From contig VGSS01000003.1 of the NCBI GenBank assembly GCA_016874935.1, forward strand, positions 1 to 56,399: a stretch of 56,399 bases of DNA. Reading direction: 5' to 3'. Positions 11,381 through 20,681 of this stretch are shown here, in pieces. Each line of letters opens with the position of its first letter. The stretch's first letter is position 1. The notes under the pieces are model-generated. The model ran no database searches and was not told where the DNA came from. It saw nothing but the letters and a program-made list of their open reading frames with translations. Source of the DNA: Deltaproteobacteria bacterium. Lineage in GTDB: Bacteria; Desulfobacterota; BSN033; UBA1163. The translations under genes were made by a program, and so were the position numbers.

Positions 11381-14026
11381 ATGAGACAGACCCGATTCGT
11401 TTTCATAGTCGTCATCACCTTATCGATTTTTCTCCTCGTCGCTCATCCTGGCCAATCCAGAGATCACCTTCACCAATTCACCATGGAGAATGGCCTGAAG
11501 GTAATCCTTCAGGGTAACCGCACCTCTGCGGTGGTTGCACTCCAGGTCTGGGTCAAGGTGGGAAGCGCTGATGAAAAGAACGATGAGGCGGGGATGTGCC
11601 ACTTCATCGAACATATGATCTTCAAGGGTACGGAGAAGAGGAAGGTCGGAGAGATGGCAAAGGAGATCGAATCCCTTGGAGGCTCGATCAATGCCTATAC
11701 CTCGTATGACCAAACTGTTTATCATATTACAATTGCCAGTCGTTATGCAGACATTGCCCTCGATATCCTGTCCGATGCCATCCAACGCTCTGTTTTCGAT
11801 CCGTCGGAGCTCGAAAAGGAGAGGGAGGTCATTCTCGAAGAGATTCGAATGGGAGAGGATGATCCTTCGAGAAAACTCTTCCGGCAGACCATGGCCACTG
11901 CTTTTCAGAGCCATCCCTACGGAAGGCCGATTATCGGGTATGAGAAGACCATCAGGGCAATCACAAGAGATCAGATGCTCTCTTTTTTCAAGCGATGGTA
12001 TACGCCGGACCGGATCTTTTTCGTTGCCGCAGGTGACTTTGATCTTCAGGAGATGGAGAGAAAAGCAAGGGACTCATTTAAGGATTTTAAGCGGTCTTCC
12101 AAGAGATTTCCTGAAAGGGTGAAGGAGCCGAATCAGAAAGAAGTCCGGTCTAACCTCACGTTTGGAAATTTTAAAGAGACCTACCTTCAAATGGCAGTCC
12201 CCATCACTTCTGTCACGCATGAAGATACTCCCGGGCTTGATGTGATCGAACAGATTTTAGGAGGAGGAGAGACCTCCCGTCTGGCGCAGAAGGTGAAGTT
12301 GGAGAAGGGGCTGGTTCACTCCATCTCCGCCTCTGCTTATACGCCAAAAGACCCAGGCCTCTTTATCATCGGAGCGACTCTCCAGGCAGAGAATCTGGAA
12401 AAGGCGATAGAAGAGATTCTAAAAGAGGTAAACCGGTTGATTCAGGAGGGCGTCACCGCTGAGGAGCTTTACCGTGTCAGGGTCAATGTTGAAAGCGGTC
12501 TCATCTATGACCGGCAGACCGTTCAGGGGCAGGCAAGAAAGCTTGGTTATTATGAGGCCGCCACGGGGAACATAGAATTTGAAAAGGAGTATATGAGGAA
12601 AATCAGCCTCCTTCAAAGCGAGGACATCAAGAGAATAGGGGAAAAATATTTTAAACCTTCCCAGTGGAACATCAGCCTTCTGGGGCCCTCAGAAAAGGCG
12701 GATGGCCTTAAAAAGATCTCTCTAAACGCCGTGATTGAAAAAGCGGGTTCGCCAGATATTTCCATTGGCCAGAAGACGTCACCGCGCGCCTCGAAGACCG
12801 TTCTGAACAATGGAATTCGCCTCATTGTCAAAGAGAACCGGTATGTTCCTCTTGTGTCTATTCAACTCTCTTTTTTAGCCGGCGTTCGTTTTGAAGAGGA
12901 GGCCCAAAACGGGATCAACCAGTTTATGGCTGTGATGATCAATAAGGGCACAGAGAAACAGACCAGCCTTGAAATCGCCAAGAAAGTGGAGAGAATGGCA
13001 GGCTCCCTCAGCGGCTTTTCAGGCTACAACAGCTTTGGCCTGAGCTTTACTTTCCTGAGCCAGCACTTCGATGAGGCGATGGCTTTGTTAGGTGAGGTCA
13101 TCAAGCATCCCTCCTTTGATGCGGATGAGATGGAAAAGAGGAGAAGATCCATCCTCGCATCCATCCGACAGCAGGAGGACAATTTGAGCAGTATGGTCTT
13201 CAAACTCTTTCGGAAGGTTCTTTATGAGAAGCATCCCTACCGCATGGATACGATCGGAACACTTGATTCCGTCAAGAAAATCACACAGAAGGATTTAAAA
13301 GAGTATTATAGGCGCATCGCCACCCCGGAGAATATGGTCATCACCATCGTGGGAGATGTCGATTTGAAACAGGTGACCTCTGCTGTCCAAAATGAGTTTG
13401 GAAAGATGCAGAAGATCGGTTTTGCCCATCCTGAAATTCCCAAGGAGCCGCCCCTCCAGAAGACGAGAAGATCAGAGAGTTATAAGGAGAAGGAGCAGGC
13501 CCATTTTGTCCTCGGATTCCCTGGCGGCACTGTGCTGAATGGGGACCGGTATGCTCTCGACGTGCTGGATGCAGCGCTTTCCGGCATGGGAGGAAGGCTC
13601 TTTTATGAATTGAGGGATAAGCAAAGCTTGGCCTACGCTCTGGCATTCATCAGCAATGTGAATCTCGATCCAGGATATATCTGTGTCTATATGGGGACCC
13701 ATCCGGATAAGATCGAAACGGCTATTGCAGGCGTCCTCAGGGAGCTGAAGAAGGTCAAAGACGAGGGGTTGACAGGCGATGAAGTGGAAAGGGCGAAGCG
13801 ATACCTGATCGGAAACTTTGAGATTGGCCTTCAGACCAACGGCGCCCATGCAAGACAGATGTCCGGGGACGAGTTGATGGGGCTGGGATACGACCATTTG
13901 GAAAGGTATCCGGGTGAGATTCAGAAGGTGACCCGGGAGGATGTCCACCGGATGGCGAAGAAGTATTTCAACCTGGACGCCTATGCCCTTGCCATCATCC
14001 GGCCTTCGGAAGCAAAGAAACAATGA
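11381..14026 (+). CDS. M16 (pitrilysin/insulinase) family zinc peptidase, exported
   Basis: Signal peptide, HxxEH motif (HFIEH), NAYTS, and a duplicated second half lacking the metal ligands. Confidence 0.92.
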   Translation: MRQTRFVFIVVITLSIFLLVAHPGQSRDHLHQFTMENGLKVILQGNRTSAVVALQVWVKVGSADEKNDEAGMCHFIEHMIFKGTEKRKVGEMAKEIESLGGSINAYTSYDQTVYHITIASRYADIALDILSDAIQRSVFDPSELEKEREVILEEIRMGEDDPSRKLFRQTMATAFQSHPYGRPIIGYEKTIRAITRDQMLSFFKRWYTPDRIFFVAAGDFDLQEMERKARDSFKDFKRSSKRFPERVKEPNQKEVRSNLTFGNFKETYLQMAVPITSVTHEDTPGLDVIEQILGGGETSRLAQKVKLEKGLVHSISASAYTPKDPGLFIIGATLQAENLEKAIEEILKEVNRLIQEGVTAEELYRVRVNVESGLIYDRQTVQGQARKLGYYEAATGNIEFEKEYMRKISLLQSEDIKRIGEKYFKPSQWNISLLGPSEKADGLKKISLNAVIEKAGSPDISIGQKTSPRASKTVLNNGIRLIVKENRYVPLVSIQLSFLAGVRFEEEAQNGINQFMAVMINKGTEKQTSLEIAKKVERMAGSLSGFSGYNSFGLSFTFLSQHFDEAMALLGEVIKHPSFDADEMEKRRRSILASIRQQEDNLSSMVFKLFRKVLYEKHPYRMDTIGTLDSVKKITQKDLKEYYRRIATPENMVITIVGDVDLKQVTSAVQNEFGKMQKIGFAHPEIPKEPPLQKTRRSESYKEKEQAHFVLGFPGGTVLNGDRYALDVLDAALSGMGGRLFYELRDKQSLAYALAFISNVNLDPGYICVYMGTHPDKIETAIAGVLRELKKVKDEGLTGDEVERAKRYLIGNFEIGLQTNGAHARQMSGDELMGLGYDHLERYPGEIQKVTREDVHRMAKKYFNLDAYALAIIRPSEAKKQ

Positions 14027-14853
14027 CAGGAAGGCTTAGGCTTAACCCCTTTTCGCTCAAAGACACTCTCGAGTGCGGACAGTTCTTTCGCTTCACAAAG
14101 GCCCTGAATACCTACCTCATTCAGACCTCTGATCGGATCTTCCCGGTCTGGCAAAAAGGGGATGTCCTTTTCTATGAAGGGGTGGAGGAATCCTTCCTCA
14201 TCAGGTTCTTCAGACTGGATGAGGATATGGATGCCATTTTAAAGGAGATTGATTGCGACCCCTTTATTCATCAGGCGATTAAGGAGTATCCGGGGATGAG
14301 GCTGATCCGGCAAGACCCCTGGGAGTGCCTGGTCTCATTCCTCTTTTCATCTGCCAAGGCCATTCCCCATATCCGTTGCGTGATTGAAGCCCTATGCAAA
14401 TCATCCGGGAGAAAAGTGACCTGGGACTCCCATATCGGTTATGGATTTCCGGAACCCAACTTCATCCAGACCTCTCAACAGATGGAAGAGGTGCGAGCGG
14501 GTTTCAGGACGGACTATCTGGTCAAAACGAGCCGGTGTATGGATCGAAACCAACTCCTCGGATTGAGGGAGCTAACATACAAAGAAGCAAAAAAGAGGCT
14601 GATGGAACTTGCCGGAGTCGGGAAGAAGATTGCTGATTGCGTTCTTCTCTATTCGCTCGATTTTCTCGAAGCCTTTCCTATCGACACCTGGATTAAAAAA
14701 GGATTGCAGAAGACTTATTTTAACGGAGAGAAGGTCGGGGAGAAGAAGATGGAGGAATTTGTTAAGGGCCACTTCGGCCCCTATGCCGGCTACGCCCAGC
14801 TCTATTTATACCATTACTGGCGAAACTATCCTTTCAAAGAGCAGTCCCCTTGA
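14023..14853 (+). CDS. 8-oxoguanine DNA glycosylase (OGG1-like, HhH-GPD)
   Basis: TLECGQFFR, RQDPWECLVSF, HhH LAGVGKKIADC, AFPIDTW, YAGYAQLYLY. Confidence 0.88.
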   Translation: MTGRLRLNPFSLKDTLECGQFFRFTKALNTYLIQTSDRIFPVWQKGDVLFYEGVEESFLIRFFRLDEDMDAILKEIDCDPFIHQAIKEYPGMRLIRQDPWECLVSFLFSSAKAIPHIRCVIEALCKSSGRKVTWDSHIGYGFPEPNFIQTSQQMEEVRAGFRTDYLVKTSRCMDRNQLLGLRELTYKEAKKRLMELAGVGKKIADCVLLYSLDFLEAFPIDTWIKKGLQKTYFNGEKVGEKKMEEFVKGHFGPYAGYAQLYLYHYWRNYPFKEQSP

Positions 14854-14896
14854 GGATGATCCCGGATGAAAAATGTCTCCCGGTAAAAGGGTTTAC

Positions 14897-14934
14897 CCCG
14901 TTAGTAATAATGGACCGCCGGAATTTCTAACGGG
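14897..14934. mobile_element. Miniature CCCGTTAG...CTAACGGG element, copy 1
   Basis: 8-bp perfect inverted ends flanked on both sides by gtttac. Confidence 0.65.
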
Positions 14935-14936
14935 GT

Positions 14937-15506
14937 TTACTGTTTCTCATCCAGTCTTTTTTCAATGGCTTCCCAGATTTCAATGATGCCCAAGCGTTTC
15001 GCCCAGTCAGCGATATATGTTCGATTCACCGTTTCTCCGCTAATTTTTAGAATTCCTGTAATATCACGGAGATGCTTCTCCGAGCCTCCTCCTTTATAAT
15101 ATTCCATCTTCTTGACAATCACATCTTCTGGTGATGCAAAATCGGCCTGGTACGACTCTGAAGGATGGACGCGACGGGTTCGACCAAATCTACTGCTGTC
15201 AAAGAGGGTATTTTGCTTCAAGATGATATCAACCTTCAGGCCGGAAGCGGGGTGAATAATATTAAATTGTCCACAGGTGCGAATAGCCTCCTTCATCGCC
15301 TCTTCACTCAAATAAAATTCATCCGATGGGAAGGCTTTCATCAAATTGGTAATATGCCGATCTGCTATATCTGCAACCACATCGATATCATTTGTTAATC
15401 GGGGTTCTCCGTATGCCATGGCTGCAACAGAACCGGTGACGAGATAAGGGATGTGAAGATGTTCCAAGACCCCCACGACCCTATGAAGCAACTCAAATAA
15501 ATCCAT
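14937..15506 (-). CDS. Pol-beta-fold nucleotidyltransferase, MenT1/DUF6036-like putative toxin
   Basis: LVTGS...GEPRLTNDID...KVDI...EDVIVKK...KHLRD. Confidence 0.8.
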   Translation of the reverse strand: MDLFELLHRVVGVLEHLHIPYLVTGSVAAMAYGEPRLTNDIDVVADIADRHITNLMKAFPSDEFYLSEEAMKEAIRTCGQFNIIHPASGLKVDIILKQNTLFDSSRFGRTRRVHPSESYQADFASPEDVIVKKMEYYKGGGSEKHLRDITGILKISGETVNRTYIADWAKRLGIIEIWEAIEKRLDEKQ

Positions 15507-15717
15507 GGGAGAGCCTCCTTACGGCTTCCTTCTTAATCATTTCATCCTCCCACTCCGGATTTGTATTCTTAAGATGGACCAGCAACATCTTTCGGGCTGC
15601 GGTCCACATATGAAAGCCTATCCGGATTCTTTCTGCGGGTGTTTTTTGTCGCAGCACCTCTGCCATTGTATTATCGACGACCTCTATCTGTCCCCGGTCC
15701 AACCTTAATTTTTCCAT
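15493..15717 (-). CDS. Small helical protein, MenA1-like putative antitoxin
   Basis: 74 aa, overlaps the NTase start, GAGG SD upstream; TPAERIRIGFHM...NPEWEDEMI pattern. Confidence 0.7.
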   Translation of the reverse strand: MEKLRLDRGQIEVVDNTMAEVLRQKTPAERIRIGFHMWTAARKMLLVHLKNTNPEWEDEMIKKEAVRRLSHGFI

Positions 15718-15956
15718 TTTCCGCCTCTCACCTTTGAAAAGTTCAAGAATTAAAGGTCGAAATGCAACATATAAATGACATTTCGAGTATATTAAACCGT
15801 TACTTTAAAAACCTCAAGATAAAAATTGTCAGGGCAAATCAAAGAGTTGGGTTGTTTGATGGTTAAAGTCAATATGCAAGTCAGTCCCTACAAACACATG
15901 CATTTTCTTCTACTGGCGGAACCCATATCTTTTAAATCTTTAGATAAATTCGGCAA

Positions 15957-16280
15957 TTACTTCAAAATTTCTCGAAAAAACTTCTTTGGCCACTCCTGAT
16001 CGTCAAGAAACAAAACATGATTTGCCTCAAACTCCTCTCTTGAGTCGGCTTCTTCCATACCTTTAAAAAGGTTTTCATAAGAGGTTTTTGATAAGATAAA
16101 GGAATGGAGGCTGATATTCACTTTTCCGAGATCGCTTTCCAAACTCTTGATGCTCTTGAACAATTGAATCTTTTCATGATCCAGTCTCTTGATATGTTCC
16201 AATCCTTTGGGATCTAAGAAGACAATCTGCTGGCGTTTTCCATTCTTCACCCACATGATGAAATCAGGATAGAAACTGCT
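15957..16280 (-). pseudogene. C-terminal relic of a type III Res-like restriction helicase-nuclease
   Basis: Reading upstream of the ORF start gives SSFYPDFIMWVKNGKRQQIVFLDPKG (PD-(D/E)xK type). The frame then runs into a repeat; no helicase part is present. Confidence 0.65.
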
Positions 16281-16282
16281 GA

Positions 16283-16416
16283 TAATGAAGACATTGATTT
16301 GTAAAATCCCTCCCTCACCTCCCTTTGCAAAAGGGAGGAATAATACCCCTCTTTGGAAAAGAGGGGCAAGGGGAAATTTTCTGAATCATGTCGATTCAAT
16401 TAAGGGACCCTTAATA
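16283..16416. repeat. ~135-bp element with CCCTTTG..AAAGGG / CCCCTCTTTG..AAAGAGGGG double hairpin
   Basis: cctccctttgcaaaagggagg and cccctctttggaaaagagggg. Confidence 0.7.
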
Positions 16417-16695
16417 AATGTTTTATGGCCAGACTCAACTTTTGTAATCCCCCCCTTACTTCCCAGATATTGAAAGATTGGTTTACTATATCAGATAATT
16501 GGTTTTCGGGTAAAGTCTTTTTTAACAACTCAAGGCAAAGGGGAGAAAAAAATGGAAAACTTTGCTGAAGAGAAGGAGAGTAAAGGCAGAAGCGCCCCAC
16601 TCGTTTACACGAAGAGCCTGAGAAAGGATTGTCTTGATGTTCTGGAGTTATAAAAGGTAAAATAAGATCAACAGTCTTTGGAGAACGCTGGGATT

Positions 16696-17625
16696 ATGTT
16701 TTGGAAGAAGAAACGCATTGGGCTTGCGCTTGGGGGCGGAGGGGCCAGGGGACTCGCCCATATCGGCGTTTTAAAGGTTCTTGAGAGGGAAGGGATTCCT
16801 ATTGATCTAATCGTGGGAACCAGTATAGGGGCGCTTGTGGGCGGGGCCTACGCCAGCGGCATCAGCCCGGATGAGTTGCAAAAGAAGGTGGAGGCGTACC
16901 TCCACAGCGCTGAGTTTCGATCTTCGGCGATGAAGGCCTTTGAAAAGGCTCATGCAAAGGGAGAGTTAGGTCTGGCTCAGAAGGTTCAGGCCCACTTAAG
17001 AAGCTGGTTTTATCTGATCCATGCAATGTTTAAACCAGGAATACTTCCTCATGAGGACTTCCAAGCCACCATCAATTATTTTATTCCCGACATCCAGATT
17101 GAAGAAACCCGAATTCCCTTCCGGGCCGTGGCCACCGACCTGGCGAGCGGCGAACAGATCATTTTTTCTCACGGGCCTATGCGGCAGGCTGTGATGGCAA
17201 GTTGTGCTGTTCCAGGAGCCTTTTCACCGCTTAGAGAGGGAGAAAGGCTTTTATCAGATGGAGGGATCATCTGCCTCGTTCCCACTTCCGTGGCAAGACA
17301 GGAGGGAGCGGACATTGTGATTTCCGTGACTGTTGACCGATTTGGTAGCTCGGAAGAATTGCGAAACGTAGTGGATGTCTATTATCGGGTCAGTGAGATC
17401 ATGGGAGAAAAGCTGAGACAAAACGAATTGGCAGAAGCAGATGTTGTGATCCTCCCGGAAGTGGGGGATTCACATTGGTCGAATTTCTCCCAGGCCGTGA
17501 ATTTGATTGATGAAGGTGAAAAGGCAGCGAGGGGAAAACTTGATGAAATTCGTCATGTCATGCCCGGCATAAGAAACTGGCTTCGATTTAAAAAAAGGCC
17601 CAAAGCATACAAAAAGAGAGGGTGA
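16696..17625 (+). CDS. Patatin-like phospholipase (RssA/NTE family)
   Basis: GGGGARG, GTSIG nucleophile, DGG motif. Confidence 0.92.
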   Translation: MFWKKKRIGLALGGGGARGLAHIGVLKVLEREGIPIDLIVGTSIGALVGGAYASGISPDELQKKVEAYLHSAEFRSSAMKAFEKAHAKGELGLAQKVQAHLRSWFYLIHAMFKPGILPHEDFQATINYFIPDIQIEETRIPFRAVATDLASGEQIIFSHGPMRQAVMASCAVPGAFSPLREGERLLSDGGIICLVPTSVARQEGADIVISVTVDRFGSSEELRNVVDVYYRVSEIMGEKLRQNELAEADVVILPEVGDSHWSNFSQAVNLIDEGEKAARGKLDEIRHVMPGIRNWLRFKKRPKAYKKRG

Positions 17626-17635
17626 AAAGGGAATT

Positions 17636-17772
17636 CAGGGACTTGTAAAAAGTCGTCATTCCCGTGAAAACGGGAATCCAGAGAATTCTAACTGCATGAA
17701 AATATCCCGCTAAGAGCGGGACTTGTGCAGGAATGACAGAAAACCGCCTTTTTGGACTTTTTCGAGACCATC
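17636..17772. mobile_element. MITE-like element with GATGG...AAAAAGTC ends carrying CGTC/dRS3-like hairpins, copy 1
   Basis: Ends gacttgtaaaaagtc / gactttttcgagaccatc; internal gtcattcccgtgaaaacgggaatcca. Confidence 0.7.
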
Positions 17773-17782
17773 AAAGTTAGTG

Positions 17783-19114
17783 TCAGGCCTTCACAATATT
17801 TTTCTTCCACCGCTTCAAATTCCTTCTCACATTGCGGGTATCAATGACAAGGGGGGCGTTCGCAACGACCCATTCATAATCGACCTGGCTATGATCGGTG
17901 ATCACGACGGCGGCATCGATTCGACGAAGCAATGGCTTTGTGAGGGGGGAGGATTTCAATTTGAAATGATACTTCCTGAAAGGAGGGAGAACCGGGATAA
18001 AGGGGTCGTGATAGAGAAGGGTTGCTCCTTTATTCTGAAGGAGCTCCATGATGGTTAGGGCAGGGGATTCCCTGGCATCGTCCACATCCTTCTTGTAGGC
18101 CACACCGAGAATCAAGATTTTAGACCCCTTGAGGCTTTTTCCTCTTTCATTCAGGGCATCGACAATCCTGGAGACCACGTAGTAAGGCATCGAGACATTG
18201 ATTTCACCGGCAAGCTCAATAAACCGGGTTGTGAAGTCGTATTCCTTGGCCTTCCACGAAAGATAGAAGGGATCGATGGGGATGCAGTGGCCCCCCATGC
18301 CAGGGCCCGGATAGAAGGGCGAGAACCCGAAAGGTTTGGTGCTGGCGGCTTCAATGACCTCCCAGATATCGATGCCCATTCGATCTGTCAGCATCTTCAG
18401 TTCATTGACCAGGGCAATATTGACGCCCCGATAGATGTTTTCAAGAAGTTTGGTCAGTTCAGCCACTCGAGGTGAGGAGACCGGAACAATCTTTTGAATA
18501 GCCTGACGGTATAGCGCTGTGGCGGTTTTTTTGCAGGATGGAGTGACGCCGGAGACCACCTTTGGGATCTGGGAGGTGGTAAATCCTTTATTTCCCGGGT
18601 CTTCTCTTTCCGGAGAGTAGCCGAGGAAAAAATCTTTTCCAATCTTCAAGCCAGTGAATTCCAGTTGAGGCAGGATCAATTCTTCCGTTGTGCCGGGGTA
18701 AGTGGTGCTCTCAAGAACGATCAATTGACCTTTTCTCAAACAGGATTGGATGGAATCGGTCGTTTTTTCTATGTATTGCAGGTCAGGCTCTTTCTTTTCT
18801 GTTAAGGGGGTGGGAACACAGATCAGAATGCAATCCGGTTCGTTGAGACGGGAGAAATCGTCTGTCACATCGAATTGACCGTTCCTAAAAAAGGTTGAAA
18901 TGCCAGAGGATGGGATGGTTTTTATGTAGCTTCGCCCTTGCTTCAGGGAAGAGACCTTCCCTGAATCGACATCGAACCCCAAAACCTTATAGCCCACCTC
19001 ACAAAACCTGAGGACCAGAGGAAGGCCCACATATCCCAGGCCGATTACTCCAATCTTGGCTTCCTTTTTAAGGATTTTATCTGTCAGTTGAACGACCATT
19101 TTTCTGTTAGTCAT
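17783..19114 (-). CDS. UDP-N-acetylglucosamine 6-dehydrogenase (WbpA-like nucleotide-sugar dehydrogenase)
   Basis: GLGYVG, ICVPTP, ESTTYPGTT, GGHCIPIDP. Start moved to ATG 19114 (AAGGA SD); the longer ORF start lies inside a repeat. Confidence 0.92.
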   Translation of the reverse strand: MTNRKMVVQLTDKILKKEAKIGVIGLGYVGLPLVLRFCEVGYKVLGFDVDSGKVSSLKQGRSYIKTIPSSGISTFFRNGQFDVTDDFSRLNEPDCILICVPTPLTEKKEPDLQYIEKTTDSIQSCLRKGQLIVLESTTYPGTTEELILPQLEFTGLKIGKDFFLGYSPEREDPGNKGFTTSQIPKVVSGVTPSCKKTATALYRQAIQKIVPVSSPRVAELTKLLENIYRGVNIALVNELKMLTDRMGIDIWEVIEAASTKPFGFSPFYPGPGMGGHCIPIDPFYLSWKAKEYDFTTRFIELAGEINVSMPYYVVSRIVDALNERGKSLKGSKILILGVAYKKDVDDARESPALTIMELLQNKGATLLYHDPFIPVLPPFRKYHFKLKSSPLTKPLLRRIDAAVVITDHSQVDYEWVVANAPLVIDTRNVRRNLKRWKKNIVKA

Positions 19115-19128
19115 AAAGATCCTTTTTA

Positions 19129-19236
19129 GGGTTCCAGGATTCAAGGGTTCGAGGGTTCAAGTTCTTACCAATTATCTTTCTGCTTATTGTATTACTTGGT
19201 CACTCGGTCCCTTGCCCCCTGGACCCCTCGACCCCT
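19129..19236. repeat. 8-mer tandem/inverted arms
   Basis: gggttcca/ggattcaa/gggttcga/gggttcaa facing ttgccccc/tggacccc/tcgacccc. Confidence 0.85.
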
Positions 19237-20378
19237 TATCTTTTATAAAATGCTTTGATCCTATCTACGACCCATTCCTGTTGATCCTCTCTCAACTCAG
19301 GGAAGATAGGCAGGGCCAAAGTCTCCTCGGCAGCTTTTTCAGAGACCGGAAAGTCTCCCTTGCGGTGTTTTAAAAAGGAGAAGCATTCCTGTAAATGGAG
19401 GGGAAGGGGATAGTAAATGTCCGTTCCGATTCCCTGCTCCGTCAAAAACTTCCTTAGATCGTCCCTTTTCGGGACCCGGATCACATACTGGTGAAAGATG
19501 TGACGGTTTTCATACTGAATGACGGGAAGTTTAACTCCTTCCACCGTTGAAAGAATATCCTGAAACATTGCCTGATAGCGGTTTGCTTTTTTCTGCCGCT
19601 CCTCTGTCCATTTTTCAAGATATTTAAACTTGACAAGGAGAATGGCCGCTTGAATCGTGTCGAGGCGGCTATTGATCCCGATCCATTTGTGATAATATTT
19701 GGGCTGGCTTCCATGGACCCTCAGGAGCCGGACTTTCTCGGCCAGATTGGGGTTGTCGGTAACCACCATTCCCGCATCTCCAAAGGCGCCGAGGTTCTTG
19801 GTTGGGTAAAAAGAGAAGCATCCCAGGTCTCCCATCTGGCCAGCTCTCCTGGGGGCGCTGTCATGATGGGGTTTATACTCCGACCCCAAAGCCTGAGCTG
19901 CGTCTTCGATCACGTATAATTTTTTATCTCTGGCAATCTGAAGGATCGGGTCCATGTCCGTGCATTGCCCGTAGAGGTGGACCGGGATGATGGCTTTTGT
20001 TTTTGGGGTGATCTTTTCCGCAATCCTGGAGGGATCGATATTATAACTCTCCTGGTCGATGTCAACAAAGATAGGAATAGCGCCAAGACGTGAAACAGAA
20101 CCAGCCGTGGCGAAGAAGGTGAATGGGGGAAGCATCACCTCGTCCCTCGGTTCAATACCGGCAGACATTAAAGACAAAAGAAGGGCGTCCGATCCCGAAG
20201 CCGCGCCCACGGCATATCGGGTTCGGCAATAGCCGGCAATGGTTTTTTCCAGACCTTCGATCTGGGGCCCCATGATGAATTGCTGGGTCTTAAAGACCTC
20301 GTTCAGGGCCGATTTGATCTCCTCTTCGATTAAGGAGAATTGAGGGGTTAAATCGAAAAAGGGAACTTTCATCTTCAT
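19236..20378 (-). CDS. DegT/DnrJ/EryC1/StrS PLP aminotransferase (WbpE-like)
   Basis: FTFFATA, PVHLYGQ, IEDAAQA, FSFYPTKNLGAFGDAG. Start ATG 20378 with GGAG SD. Confidence 0.93.
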   Translation of the reverse strand: MKMKVPFFDLTPQFSLIEEEIKSALNEVFKTQQFIMGPQIEGLEKTIAGYCRTRYAVGAASGSDALLLSLMSAGIEPRDEVMLPPFTFFATAGSVSRLGAIPIFVDIDQESYNIDPSRIAEKITPKTKAIIPVHLYGQCTDMDPILQIARDKKLYVIEDAAQALGSEYKPHHDSAPRRAGQMGDLGCFSFYPTKNLGAFGDAGMVVTDNPNLAEKVRLLRVHGSQPKYYHKWIGINSRLDTIQAAILLVKFKYLEKWTEERQKKANRYQAMFQDILSTVEGVKLPVIQYENRHIFHQYVIRVPKRDDLRKFLTEQGIGTDIYYPLPLHLQECFSFLKHRKGDFPVSEKAAEETLALPIFPELREDQQEWVVDRIKAFYKR

Positions 20379-20473
20379 CGGATCTCCAATGATTCTGGGG
20401 GAAATATGGTCTTGAAAATAAGACAAAAAAAGGGGATAGTCAAGGCAAAATGTCTAAAAGATAAAAGTCGAAC

Positions 20474-20575
20474 GTAAGGGTAACGAGGCCCGTATCGTTA
20501 ATAAAAGGGTACGTTAATCGTCTCTTAATTCTTTGCACGTAACCGTTACCGAATTACGAAACGGGCTTCGTAACC
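20474..20575 (+). repeat. Dispersed ~100-bp repeat, copy A
   Basis: Near-identical to the reverse complement of 38504-38605; core cgaaacgggcttcgtaac also at 53648-53665. Confidence 0.88.
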
Positions 20576-20681
20576 TTAACCCCCCTTCATCCCCCCTTAA
20601 GTTAAGGGGGGAATATAGGGGGGGTATCGATTCTCATGGTTCGAGGGTGGCCACCCTACGATGAAAGATTGTTAAGAAAAC

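Noticed and set aside
16285-16473. ORFs over repeat elements (also 4761-4958, 17723-18058, 29034-29240, 53764-54033)
   Set aside because: They are translations of repeats or of the tRNA, not credible proteins.
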